A stretch of 64,000 nucleotides of DNA from Neodothiora populina (lineage: Eukaryota): assembly GCF_041146345.1 (NCBI RefSeq), contig NW_027191414.1, positions 744,001-808,000 on the forward strand. The letters run 5' to 3'. A program made the translations under genes and the position numbers. Below the pieces are notes generated by a model, which was not told the DNA's origin, did not search any database, and saw nothing but the letters and a program-made list of their open reading frames with translations. Positions 12,675 through 23,771 of the stretch are shown one piece after another. Every line of letters begins with the position of its first letter. Positions within the stretch are counted from its first letter, which is position 1.

Positions 12675-13662
12675 ATTGAAAGATCTCCGTTCACAGATAA
12701 TGGATGGGGGTTGAGCAGGAATCAGAGACTTGTGTGTGGAGGTTATGATATGAATGTATGGAATGACAATCGATCGAGGGGAATAAGTGGGAGCGATCTC
12801 TGCTATCTTTATATTCGTAGTCAAGCTGCTCTAGCTACTCTGCTGTATGGTCTGATTGGGGAATCAGCCTCCTCACGGATTACATAAGGTGAGGAGCAAC
12901 ATCACCAATACCAAGCACCGACTGGTTGTGCCCCTCCACGACGTCAGGACCGCTCTATTAAAAAGCCGTCAACGCGCAAATATAAGCGACCGGAAGTCTA
13001 AGTGCTCTTTGCTGAAACGACCTTGATGGCTGACTTCAATTCGTAGTACACTTCTGCTTGTGAATATTCTGTCTCCTTTTCTCGTTCTTGTAGCCCCTAT
13101 ATACATTGGTCCTTCGACCGTTGCATCTCAGACTTATTTCAATGAGGTCTTGCCCATCGCCGTCATGCTTGCTGGTGGCATGTACTGTGGGAGCACTGTG
13201 GAGGTGCGCGGTGCGATAGCCTGACGCACCGGCATTGGCGATTGATAATCATATCCGGCGAGCCGACGAGAACCGATCCGACGACGTCTGAGTAAGGTAC
13301 CTCACCAGTGTGAAACGATGCCCGAGAAAACACCAGTTTGTGTCGAGTGACTAACTGTCTCTGGAAATATAATCCAGCTGCACTTGAGATGCCTTCAGCT
13401 CAATACACGATGGATTGACAAGATTATTTCTTTGAAATCAAAAGGTATCCTCGCGGCAAGATCAACGGTAGATGATATGGTAGATGTAGCAAAGGTACCT
13501 TCTACCTAAGGTAGAGATCATGCATAGAATCGAGCATACGTCACTTCTGGATACTGTACAAACCACCCCGCCTCGCATAAACATCTCACATAGCTCTCGT
13601 TCACAAGAACAAGTCCAAGAACGACAAGCAAATAAGTCGAACATCCACGCAAACTCAAAACA

Positions 13663-14975
13663 ATGGCAGGAACGTCCCAGGAAAGCGTCTTCTCCACGCT
13701 CATTGCAGCGAACCATATCCTGCACTACCACAAAGTCGTCGATGCCTTTGGCCATATCAGCGTGCGGAACCCCGCCAACCCATCAACGTTCTTCCTCTCT
13801 GGCAATCTCGCGCCCGCACTGGTCTCTGGCTTGCAAGATCTTGTCGAGTACCGGGTCGAAGACGCTGGAGCTGTGCGAGAGGATGCGCCTAGAGGATACG
13901 CTGAGCGGTTCATCCATAGTGAGATCTATAAGAAGTGGCCGGAAGTGAATTCGGTAAGCTTTTGTGAAGCAGAAAAGGACATGGGAGATTTTCCGTCCGT
14001 CGAAGCAAGATCGCTACTTTCGCAATGATTGTTGTTGCAATGATTGTTCACTTGGACTGAGACACTTTTGTGCTTGTGCAAACAGGTCGTGCATGCGCAT
14101 GCTGAGGATGTGATACCGTTTTCCATCTCCTCGCAGCCAATCCGTCCTGTGTATCACATGGCAGGTGTTATAGGTAAGTGAGGCAGCCTTAATGTGTTTT
14201 CTCTCGTGATCTCGTCGATCCATTACTTTTTCAGCCCTTGGTCTTGTTCTTGCTTTGGCCTAATTATACCCTTCGCCTGGTCTGGAGGGTTCACGTCGTT
14301 GAGCTTCGCGCCGTGCGAAAAACATGGCCATCAACATAAAGCAACCACCAGGCCGTTGTGGTAGTCTGATATAGACATTGTTTCTTCCCACTTCCTGATC
14401 TCATATCAACGTCCTCGTTCAAGACTGACGGCCGAAAAGGTGCCTGCGTACCAGTCTTCGACATAAACAACCACTACAAGCCAAGCGACACAACACACAA
14501 CCTCCTCGTAACCAACTCGCACCTAGGAGTCGGTCTAGCCAACGCCTTCAGTCCTACATCAGCATTCGCTAAACCGATAAACATGATAAAAAGCTACTTC
14601 AGCTCGTCCGACAGCCCACCGCCTCCATTTCCTCCAAACCCGACTGTGCTCATGCGCGGACACGGCTTCACTTGCGTCGGCACAAGTATCCAAGAATCAG
14701 TCTATCGGTCTATCTACCTGTGCTCGAACGCCCGCGTGCAGACTAATGCGCTACTAATCCAAAATACCTTCAATGTGCGCAAGTTGGCCGTCAAATCTGT
14801 GGATGATGTGTTTCCGATCGACATGAAGGATATCACTTATTTGAGTGATAGGGAATGCGTGGACGCGTGGGAGGCAAACAAGGCGCAGGCTGCGAGGCCA
14901 TGGAAGTTGTGGTGCAAGGAGGTTGAGACCAGTGGATTGTATAGCAACCAGTTGGGTCCGCCTCCAGGAACATAG
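13663..14975 (+). CDS. Class II aldolase/adducin-family protein
   Basis: Motifs VDAFGHISVR, ERFIHSEIY, VVHAH and VLMRGHG carry the metal-binding His set. Introns 13954-14085 and 14174-14439. Confidence 0.9.
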
Positions 14976-15884
14976 TCTTTGCCCTCTGTAGAGTTGGTTT
15001 TGCTCTTGCTCGTTTTGCTACTTTCTGCTATCACGATCGAACTATATCACGTTTGGGACAGACAAGCACTGCTGTCGAGTCGCACACCTATATTTTCATG
15101 TTACAGCGAAGTGGCTTAGCTCCTCGTGTCGTGCTTTATGTAATTGCACAATCTAGCACTTATATCGAGTCCAGCAATCGATTGACTGACGCGGGCTAGC
15201 CCTAAGTAGTTAGACAAGTGGTCCAGTACCGAGGAGGCTGGTTATACTGAAGCCTGGCCTTTAGACAGACTTGCGAAATAGGCAGGCTGGCACTTGAGCC
15301 TTTCAGCGTTCGTATCGGAGGACATCTATCTTCCTTACTTATACCTTACACATCTAAATGGCAATGCAATCATTTCCCCTCACATTGTTGTCTGTAACAA
15401 CTACTCTTCTGACGAGGTGAGGCTGTATCTAAGCGGTAATTGACTGAAATCTTATATTAGCCGAGCAAAAGAGCGAACCAGAACCAAACCCCAAACTCAA
15501 AAGGACGTGGTGATGACCGAGTCTCATTCTCGACATCCACATGAACGTCGTTGTCGCGTATGGTTTGTGTATGCAGATCGAATATAGATGAGATTAGTCG
15601 AAAAGAGCAAAAAAATAAAAAAAAGAGAAGCAGGCTCTGTGAATAGGTTGCGGGCCTTTGAATAATCGATCAGTCAAGTCAATCAAACAGTACCCCAATA
15701 ATAATGCGCCTGCGCCAAAGGATGGATGAACAATAACCAGCAGCAGCTACCTTGGCTAGCTAGCAGCATATACAACAACAACAACAACAAGAAACCCGAG
15801 GCAAAAGTCCAAGCGAAGGAAAAATAATCATCATCTATGTACGGAGATTTGCCACCCGTTGTCTAGACATGTCTTGTCTGGTCA

Positions 15885-17711
15885 TCATGCTCCCGTCACA
15901 GCGGCAGGTGTCAAGTGAAAATCGCCTTGGTTGAGCTTCTCAATGGCGAGTCTGCCCTCCTCGGTCAGTTCAGGTATACCCACGGGAGTGGTGGCGCCGG
16001 TGAAGAAGCGCGGCGTCCAGTCCACATTCCGTGCCTTTCGGTCAGCTGCCTTTTTCCGCTGGCGTTCCTCAATCGTCTGCTTCTCGGCTGTGGCCTTGGA
16101 GTACTGCTTGCTCATGATCGCGTCCGTCACGTTCGCCCAGTACTTGCGTGACTCGTTCTCGAGTTGTTCGTCGAGCGGCGGCACGATCTTCTGCACGGGG
16201 AACAGCGGGTTCAGGTCCATGAGGAGCGTCTTGTCCTAAGAAAGAGTCAGCATTGTCCGCTGATAACAGTCACCCCAACGGTACTCACGGTGCTCTTCGA
16301 GAAGGCTGCGCTGCCCTTGGAGAAATAAATCTTATCCGTCCATGCGCCCTCGATGCGGCCCACCACATCCTTGTCTGAGACGTCCTTGATCCGGGCAGTC
16401 TTGTCCTTTTCGACATCACACCTGTAGATGACGCCCTCGACTTTGTTCTGTGTCTTGCCGAGCCAACCCTCTTCTAGGTAGTGGAGGATGACTCTCAACC
16501 CGGTCTTCTTGCATGCGATGTAACAGGTATCAGCTACGGTGACGTTCAGCGAGCCTGCAGACAATATTAGTACTTGGCGACTGGAGTGCGTCTCACGCTG
16601 ATGGAAAAATTCACCTCTGAGGAAACCACCGAGGTATGCAGCAGGATGTGTGAGGTGGTAGGTCTCATTATCACGCTTTTGCAGCGTCACGTAGATGCCC
16701 TCGTTGTGCACACCGGGAACGACACGAATCGAGGTTCCGGTGAATTTGGCGCTGATCTGATCGAAGCCACGAGCAGAGATTCCCTTCTCAGGGCACTCGG
16801 CATAGTAGGCGGAGACCGGGGGGTGATGTGAGGTCTGCTCGGTGATGTATGAGACTTTGAGCTTGTGTTCTCCGGCGGATTCGGCGGAAGGTTTTGCGGT
16901 GCCACTCGGGTCTTCAATCTCCCATTGACACTGGCATATTCGTCAGCCGAGTTGGTGGTCAGTAGCATATGCTTGGGTGTCATAGTACCCTGAAGAACTC
17001 TCCCAGAGTCGAGTTGTAAGGCTTGCATGGCTTGCCCTTGACGTATTTCTAAACGGCGGTCAGTGACTCGTGTCTTGCTATGGATGGCAGACGGCATGGC
17101 ATGGCATGGCATACCAAGTCTTTTGTGAACCAGAAGCGCAGACAAGCCAGCATGCGCTCCAGAGGATCTTCGGAATCGCCGATACTGTGGGTGTGTGTGT
17201 CAGAACCCCGTTCTCTTGCTGTTGAGCAGAGTGTCTAACCTTGCGAATGTCTCGGGTCTGTCCAGATAATGCCAGTATTCTGCAGGATATCATGTTCAGT
17301 TATTGTTTTGGTGCACGGCAGGCGCTACGCGTATAGGTGGGTGCGGGGTTTTATAGAGCAAAACATACCAAGGTTGGGAATTGGTTCCATCAACTGTGCG
17401 GGAAGTGAAAATCGAACAGCAGCGATGTCTGCTACACCAACAAACCTGTGTGTCGGTTGTCAGTTGCCTGTTGCCTGTTGCCTTGTGACCAAAAAAACAC
17501 CCAGTGCTCGGGCGGGCGGATCGCCACAGGGCCTGATGACCCCAACATACTTCTTCAAGATGCCAATGAAAGTCCTCAGTTTCGAAGAGTCGCTCTCCTC
17601 TGGCCCAGCGGTAGAGGCAATAGACGCAGCTGGTGTGCTCGACCGCGACGTCTGCTCCGAGCCAGGCGCTACCGCTGCCGCTGCTGGATTTCCGGCTGAA
17701 GAGGAAGGCAT
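15885..17711 (-). CDS. Oxysterol-binding protein (short OSH/ORP family)
   Basis: Multi-exon model with AVRFSLPAQLMEP, KPCKPYNSTLGEFF, the EQTSHHPPVSAY signature and IEERQR...WTPRFF. Confidence 0.92.
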
Positions 17712-18667
17712 ATTGTTTAGCGGCGATGAGGGGCGGCGGCGACGACGACGGCGGCGGTCAGGAAGATATATATCGGGCAGGCAGGGGTCGTGGTTCTCGC
17801 TCGGGAATGTAGGCGTGTAGCGTGCAGTGGTCTATTTGCTGGATCGGTCAGTGGGAGAACAGACGCGCCACTACTATTGACTACTGTATACCCTTTTCCC
17901 TTATTTGCCAGAAGTGGTGGTCCCAAAGCCCTTATCGATCGGAGGGGGCTATGCCAAGAGAATGACGTCGACGGCGACCGCTGTATTGCAAGGTACCTAG
18001 GTAGAATATCACAAGAGTCTACGGTAGCATCATTGGCGTCTGTGAAAAGAGAAAGCAGTGGTCTTTTCAATCTCTCCGGCGCCGGACTATAGGGTTAGGT
18101 AGTGTAAGAGTGTTGTTATCACATCTGCAAAGCCGCCATAGTGGCTGTCATGTTCAACCGTCTGTCCGTCCCGTCCGGAGACAGTCAATGCGCTGGCCAC
18201 AGGGTGTTGTCGTTGTTTGAGGCCGGTCAGAAGAGACGCTGACAACGGGTACGTACCTTGCATTACGCTGCACACTGCGCGGCTGTGGTTTCACTCGCCA
18301 TCTGCAGGAAAGGACCGGATAGATGCAACAAGATACAACTCGCCCAGCCAATCTCGGCCTTCGTGATGTGGTAGCCGCCGTCCACACGTTCCCAAAGCGC
18401 TCTTCTGATTGACCCGTTCGAGCCCTGCATACAGTACCGTGCTGTGCCTTGGCATCAAAGGGGTCCGTCGCTATACGCGGCCAGTATCTTCGTCAACGGA
18501 GCCAAAGGGCCGGTGAAGATGTAGATGTAGTAGTGAAAGTATTATGCCAGCGTCTATGACCGGCTCTGGTGAGAAATAGATACAAAACAAGCGCCAGTGA
18601 ATACATCAATGTGCGCCAGGCTCGTCAATGTTCGCCCGCAAACCGTGTGTGCCCCATAGCCCTTGCC

Positions 18668-18715
18668 GTGCCTTGTGAAGTGCCTTGTGAAGTGCCTTGT
18701 GAAGTGCCTTGTGAA
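18668..18715 (+). repeat. 12-bp minisatellite (GTGCCTTGTGAA) x4
   Basis: Four perfect consecutive copies just downstream of the Ubl-AN1 gene stop. Confidence 0.9.
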
Positions 18716-18770
18716 GAAAGGAAAAAACCCATGCGCCTATGCTAACTAATCTGCAACCTCTAGAAAACGT

Positions 18771-19279
18771 CTAGATTCCCTTGATGGCCACTGTCCTCTC
18801 CCTCTCGAGGCGCTCTCGGTTCCTCTCTTTCTCCTCCATCTTGCAGTCTTCCAGCTTGCTGCAAGCGTGGCTCTCGAGCATGCGGTGCTTGCCACAGTAG
18901 TGGCCACCGCAAAAGCTGCAGTCGCCGACGATTCGCTGCGCGGCGTCTTTGCACTCCTTGAACTGACATCTTATCTTCTTGGGCGCTCCTCCTTTTAGCG
19001 GTAGGGCGAGATGGAGGGTGTCTTCGCGGTTGATCGAGTAATCCGCCAGCGTGCTTGTGGGGGAGCTGAGATGCTTGCCGGCGTGCACCAGTCGCAGTTC
19101 TTGAGCGGGTAGGTTGGTGCGGATCGCAAGTAGCGACGACAACGTTGCAATCGACGTCGACTCGGGAATTTGCATCGTGAAAGCTGTTCCAGATGATTAG
19201 AGCGTCGCCCTGAAATGCGGCTGTTGGCCTCGGGGTAATACTCACTGTCACCGGCAATGTTCTTGATGAATATCTGCAT
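18771..19279 (-). CDS. Ubiquitin-like domain plus AN1-type zinc finger protein
   Basis: MQIFIKNIAGD, intron 19184-19245, then TFTMQIP...RLVHAGKHL...TLHLALPLKGG, followed by the AN1 finger CQFKEC...CSFCGGHYCGKHRMLESHAC. Confidence 0.92.
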
Positions 19280-21433
19280 CGTCGCTTCGGGCTCGACGGA
19301 CGACCGAGATGAGGAGATCGACGAGATGGACGAGATACTGTTGGAACGCATATTGAAGACTTGGTGTTGTCGCTGATGTGGGAGGTTGGAGATTGGCTGG
19401 CTGCGTTGGCTGGCTGTTCTGGAGTGGTCTGCTGACGTGTGGCGATAACAGGGGCGATAAGAGACGGCGAAACTGCGCTGATTGCCGACGGCTTAGGGAA
19501 GCGACGGAGTTGTGGTAAGTGAGAGAGTCGAAGAGGTGTTGTCGATGGTTTGCAGACACAATGTCGAGTTTTTGACGGATATGCAGCGGAGTGGCAAAGT
19601 GAAAGTTGTGTTGGACTCTTGTCTTGTCGCAGGGAAATGGAAGGACAGGGAAAGGGAGTGCAGTGGTCAGTCATCAGTCAGCGAGAGTGTGACTAAGGTC
19701 AGGCACGAGCCTGGGAGCGTTGTAGCGCTGTGGTGCAATAGCGCTGTCCAGGTACCGAGGTACCTCTTCCATCATGGTGCAATATGATAAGGTACCTAAG
19801 GTATCTCACACAGTGCTACCGCCCGGCCACACTTCTGTGCCACACTTTGTCTTGTACAAGTACAAGGTAGGTAAGGTACCTACCCGTAAGTTACCTTACG
19901 TCGGGCCAGTTCCGCCTGAGAGCCTGGAGCGACGTAGCGCAACCCGACCTGCTACCAAAGTGCCCAGTGCGGGCTCTCGGCGGCAATGACGCGTGCCCGG
20001 ACTCTGCTTTCCATGATTCAGATCACCGCAAGCCAAGATGCGAGCATTTCGAGATCTGCATCGTCTTTATCTCAACTTCACACTTTTGACTTTCAATACG
20101 ACGTCAAATCTCCTCCATGGGCTATGCACATGCAATGCCCCAACATCATGCCTCCGTGCTTTTTTTTAAGCTGCATCTCAACATCATGGATCTCTGCCAT
20201 CCGCGTCTCCCCTAGTCCTTTTCTTGCCTGTAACGCATTCGAATAGGGGGCTCGGCGTGTCCTCGCAATAGGACTCCGATGGTCTTAGTTTGTGCACATG
20301 TCCCGCCCGAACTTGTTCCCCGGATCAGCCATCTCGTGCATCTCGCTCCCAAATTACTGCATTCTTGTCGCCTCGTATTGGGCTGTCGACGCATAGTTTC
20401 AAATGGTTTCACTTCCGATTGCAGCTCACATCCAATCTACATGACCCGGTGCCAAGGCCGTCGGAACGCTTACTCGCTTACTTGACCGTGAAAGTCCGGA
20501 TTCTGACTGGATAGTACCAAGTGCTCTCCGTGATTATGGTGGAAGCTGAGAAGCAGAAGCACAACGGTGGAACTGCTCGGTGCTGCGCCAAGGCAGTCAT
20601 CTTGCTCCGCCACCTTTTTTCAGACCCACCCGCCCCAGGAATTCAACATCATCATCTGGGGCAATCGAGGTCCATCGCGAAGCGTCGCCATCGTGTCTAG
20701 TGCAAGGTAGGTAGATATGCGGAGATCAGTGGGAAAATGTCCAAAGTCAAACGGCGGTTGGTGCTGGACATGATCCACCATCTACTTCGCTCCGCTGTGC
20801 CTCTCCCGACGCTCGACTTCCCAGTATCCTGGATGCTGCTTCTTCTCATATATCTCGTAGCCACCAACTTTCGCTGACTGTCTCGTACTCGCCCCTTGTC
20901 TCTGTAGGATTGGTGCCTAGCTACAAGGCTTAATTGTGATAAGGTCGGCGGGATGGCGGTGAGTTCGTTTCGGGGTTCCTCATCGTCAAGCCTCAGCGAA
21001 GGCCTTAGCAAAAGCCTTGGCCGTTACACGTCTTCCCTTGGCCTCACTCCAAGCAGTAGTAGATCTGTATGATATAGTGCTTGGCTTCTCGCTGTAGAGC
21101 CTATCATTCATGTTGATCCCAGGGATGGACGTTGTTGTTCTACCAGGCGGCTGTGGCATTGCTTCCGTAGTCCTGACCCGGGTTTGTGTGACCCTCGTCC
21201 AGGCTTATCATATATAGGACTGTGACTGCTCGGAGTCTACTTCTGGCTTTCCTCAACATACTTTCCTGTCTCTCATTGGGTTTCATCCATTTCTCTCACC
21301 TGCTCCGTGATTGTTCGTTGTCTTCGTACGCCAGTCTCATCTGATCGTCTTGACCTTGTTGCTCGTCATCTCTTCATCAGCTTTCGTATAAGTCATGATT
21401 CAGACAGAGCCACGACCATCTTCAATCCGCAAG

Positions 21434-23075
21434 ATGTCGTCTGATTTGGAGAGGTCCGGGTCCGAGGATAGAGATGACATTTGTTCTCCGCAGCCGGAAG
21501 TCGTCCATGTGGACCGTCTGGTGTGGCCGAAAGCCTGGAGGGCTTATGCTTGCCTCCTCGGTTGTTTTTTTCTCATGTTCAATAGCTGGGGCATCGTCAA
21601 TGCCTACGGCAGTACGTCGACCCCCTATCCCCGCCATGGTTGTCGTGTCGCTAAGATTCTGCAGCATACCTCGCCTATTATAACGAGAGCCTTCTGAAAG
21701 GTCAAAGCCCACTGTTGCTCAATCTCATAGGATCCACTCAGTGCTTCATGATCTTGTTTTTCTCCTTCATTGTCGGGCGTCTGTTGGATGCCAATTACAG
21801 CCGGGCACTCATGGCTGTAGGCTTCTGCTTGGTGACTCTTGGCATGTTTCTTCTGAGTGTGGTCAACGGAGGCGGTGGTGAGAACGAGGGTAATTATATC
21901 CTCACTTGGCTCGTACAAGGAGTGATAGCGGGTCTTGGAATGGCCTGCTTCTTCACGACGAGCTCTCAAGGTAAGTCCTCGATGCATGGTACAGCGTGCC
22001 CCTGAGCTGCATACTGACATCTGACAGTCGTGTCGACCTGGTTCCAAGGAAAAGTCAAACCTTTCGCCATGGCTTTCGTCGCCTCGGGCGCAGCAATCTG
22101 TACGTACTGTGTCCAGTCTTGCCTCTTCGGGTTATAATGTGCTAATGCTCACGTAGCTGGACTCGTCTTTCCTTTCATGCTTCGCTTCCTCATCGAGTCA
22201 AAAGGCTTCAACTTCTCGGACCGCATGATATCAACCCTTGCTGTTGGCACTATGCTCACCTCCCTCGTACTGGTTCAGCCGAGCCCGAACTTCACTGCCA
22301 GAACTCCTGACACCTGGTTGTCATTCAATACCTGGTACGACAAGGGCGCCTTCCGCAGCCCCATGTTCTGTTGGCTCACCGCTGGTAACTGCTTCATGTT
22401 CTTCGGGTTCTATGCCGTCTTTTTCAACTTGGAAGAGTGGTCTGTCAAGAGGGGCGTTGGTACCAAGGGCGATCCACAACCTGGTCAGGACGTGCTCAAG
22501 ACTTACTATCTGCTTGTAAGGTTACTCCACTTCTCGGCTGCAATAAACCTGTGCTAACTGGCTCACAGGCAATCATGAACGCCACGTCAACACTTGGGCG
22601 CATCGGCTCAGCCTTCCTTTGCATGCCTTTCAATCCGGTGAAGGTTCACTGCGTAGTCACCTTCATCTCTTCGATGCTTTGCTTCTTTTTCTGGACATTC
22701 GCCTCGAAGTTGTCGTTTGCTCTGGGCTTCGTTGTTGTGTTTGGTGCTTTCTCAGGAAGTGTCATAGGACTTCCACCAGCTTCGATGGCTACCATCATGT
22801 TGGGAGATCATAGAATGCTTGGACAGTGGACAGGCATGATGTACACCATATCTGCTCCATTTGCATTGACAGGTCCACTGATTGCTGGATATCTGATCTC
22901 GGAGTATGGTCAAGACTATAGGACAGTCCAGTGCTGGAGTGGAGCTTGTCTGCTACTTTCGGCAGCCTGCCAAGCCGTCACTGTCTTCTATTACACCAGG
23001 GCCACTAAATGGGAGGATGGACTCGAGAAGCTGGACACTAGTGGCACCACTACACCAATGGTGATGGCCCGCTAG
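21434..23075 (+). CDS. MFS transporter, monocarboxylate (MCT/Mch) family
   Basis: AWRAYACLLGCFFLMFNSWGIVNAYG, many hydrophobic helices, VSTWF, and LGQWTGMMYT...LTGPLIAG. Four short GT-AG introns. Confidence 0.9.
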
Positions 23076-23771
23076 ATAAACACAACAATGATCGTTGCTC
23101 GAGTGGTGGAATTTCATCAACGACTTATGAACAAATTTTCGCGAGGTGTTGGTGGCGTTAGGGATGGGTGGCGTGATCCGGTTCAATTGATTTTTGCAGC
23201 TTTTCAGTCTGGTGTGCGGGTACTTAGGTGAATTGTCCTAAATAGATATGCAGGGACGAGATGGCATGAGCCATCCGCATGGTGAGAGCTTCCATACGTA
23301 GACAAATAAGGTCGAGAGAGCGTGTTAGAAAATCAGATAATATAGACAGGGTTGCTCTCTTGTCAAGTGTAAGGCGACTCTTGCCGTAGCAAAACCAGTT
23401 ACTCGTACAGGATATGGCGCGCCATTATGCTACTGCAAGTGTCCAAGGGTCGGGTCGATCTCATTTTTACCTCAACTGTCTTACTTGATCTGAGCGATAG
23501 AGTGAAGAAATGAAGTGGTGTTTGCATAATGAATTCTAATTAAACAAGGGGAATATGATCATGAGGTGAGACATCCTCTTCTGACCGACAAAAGCTTGGC
23601 AGACGGGGTATCGTATCTGGCGACTTCGAACTTGTGTCTAAGATATACTGTATGTCATTTTAACCACCGGGATAACATCTCCATTCGCTTCTCATTACCG
23701 ATTCAGCTGGCTGAACATGTCTTTGAAATAGCACATGAATACATGCTGGCTTTTTGTATGCCAGCTAGAAT

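Noticed and set aside
18668..18715. 12-bp direct repeats as a CRISPR-like array
   Set aside because: The units are contiguous with no spacers. This is a simple minisatellite.
18760..19674. 304-aa ORF overlapping the Ubl-AN1 gene
   Set aside because: It is an alternative-frame shadow of the real gene plus its leader, with no domain signal.
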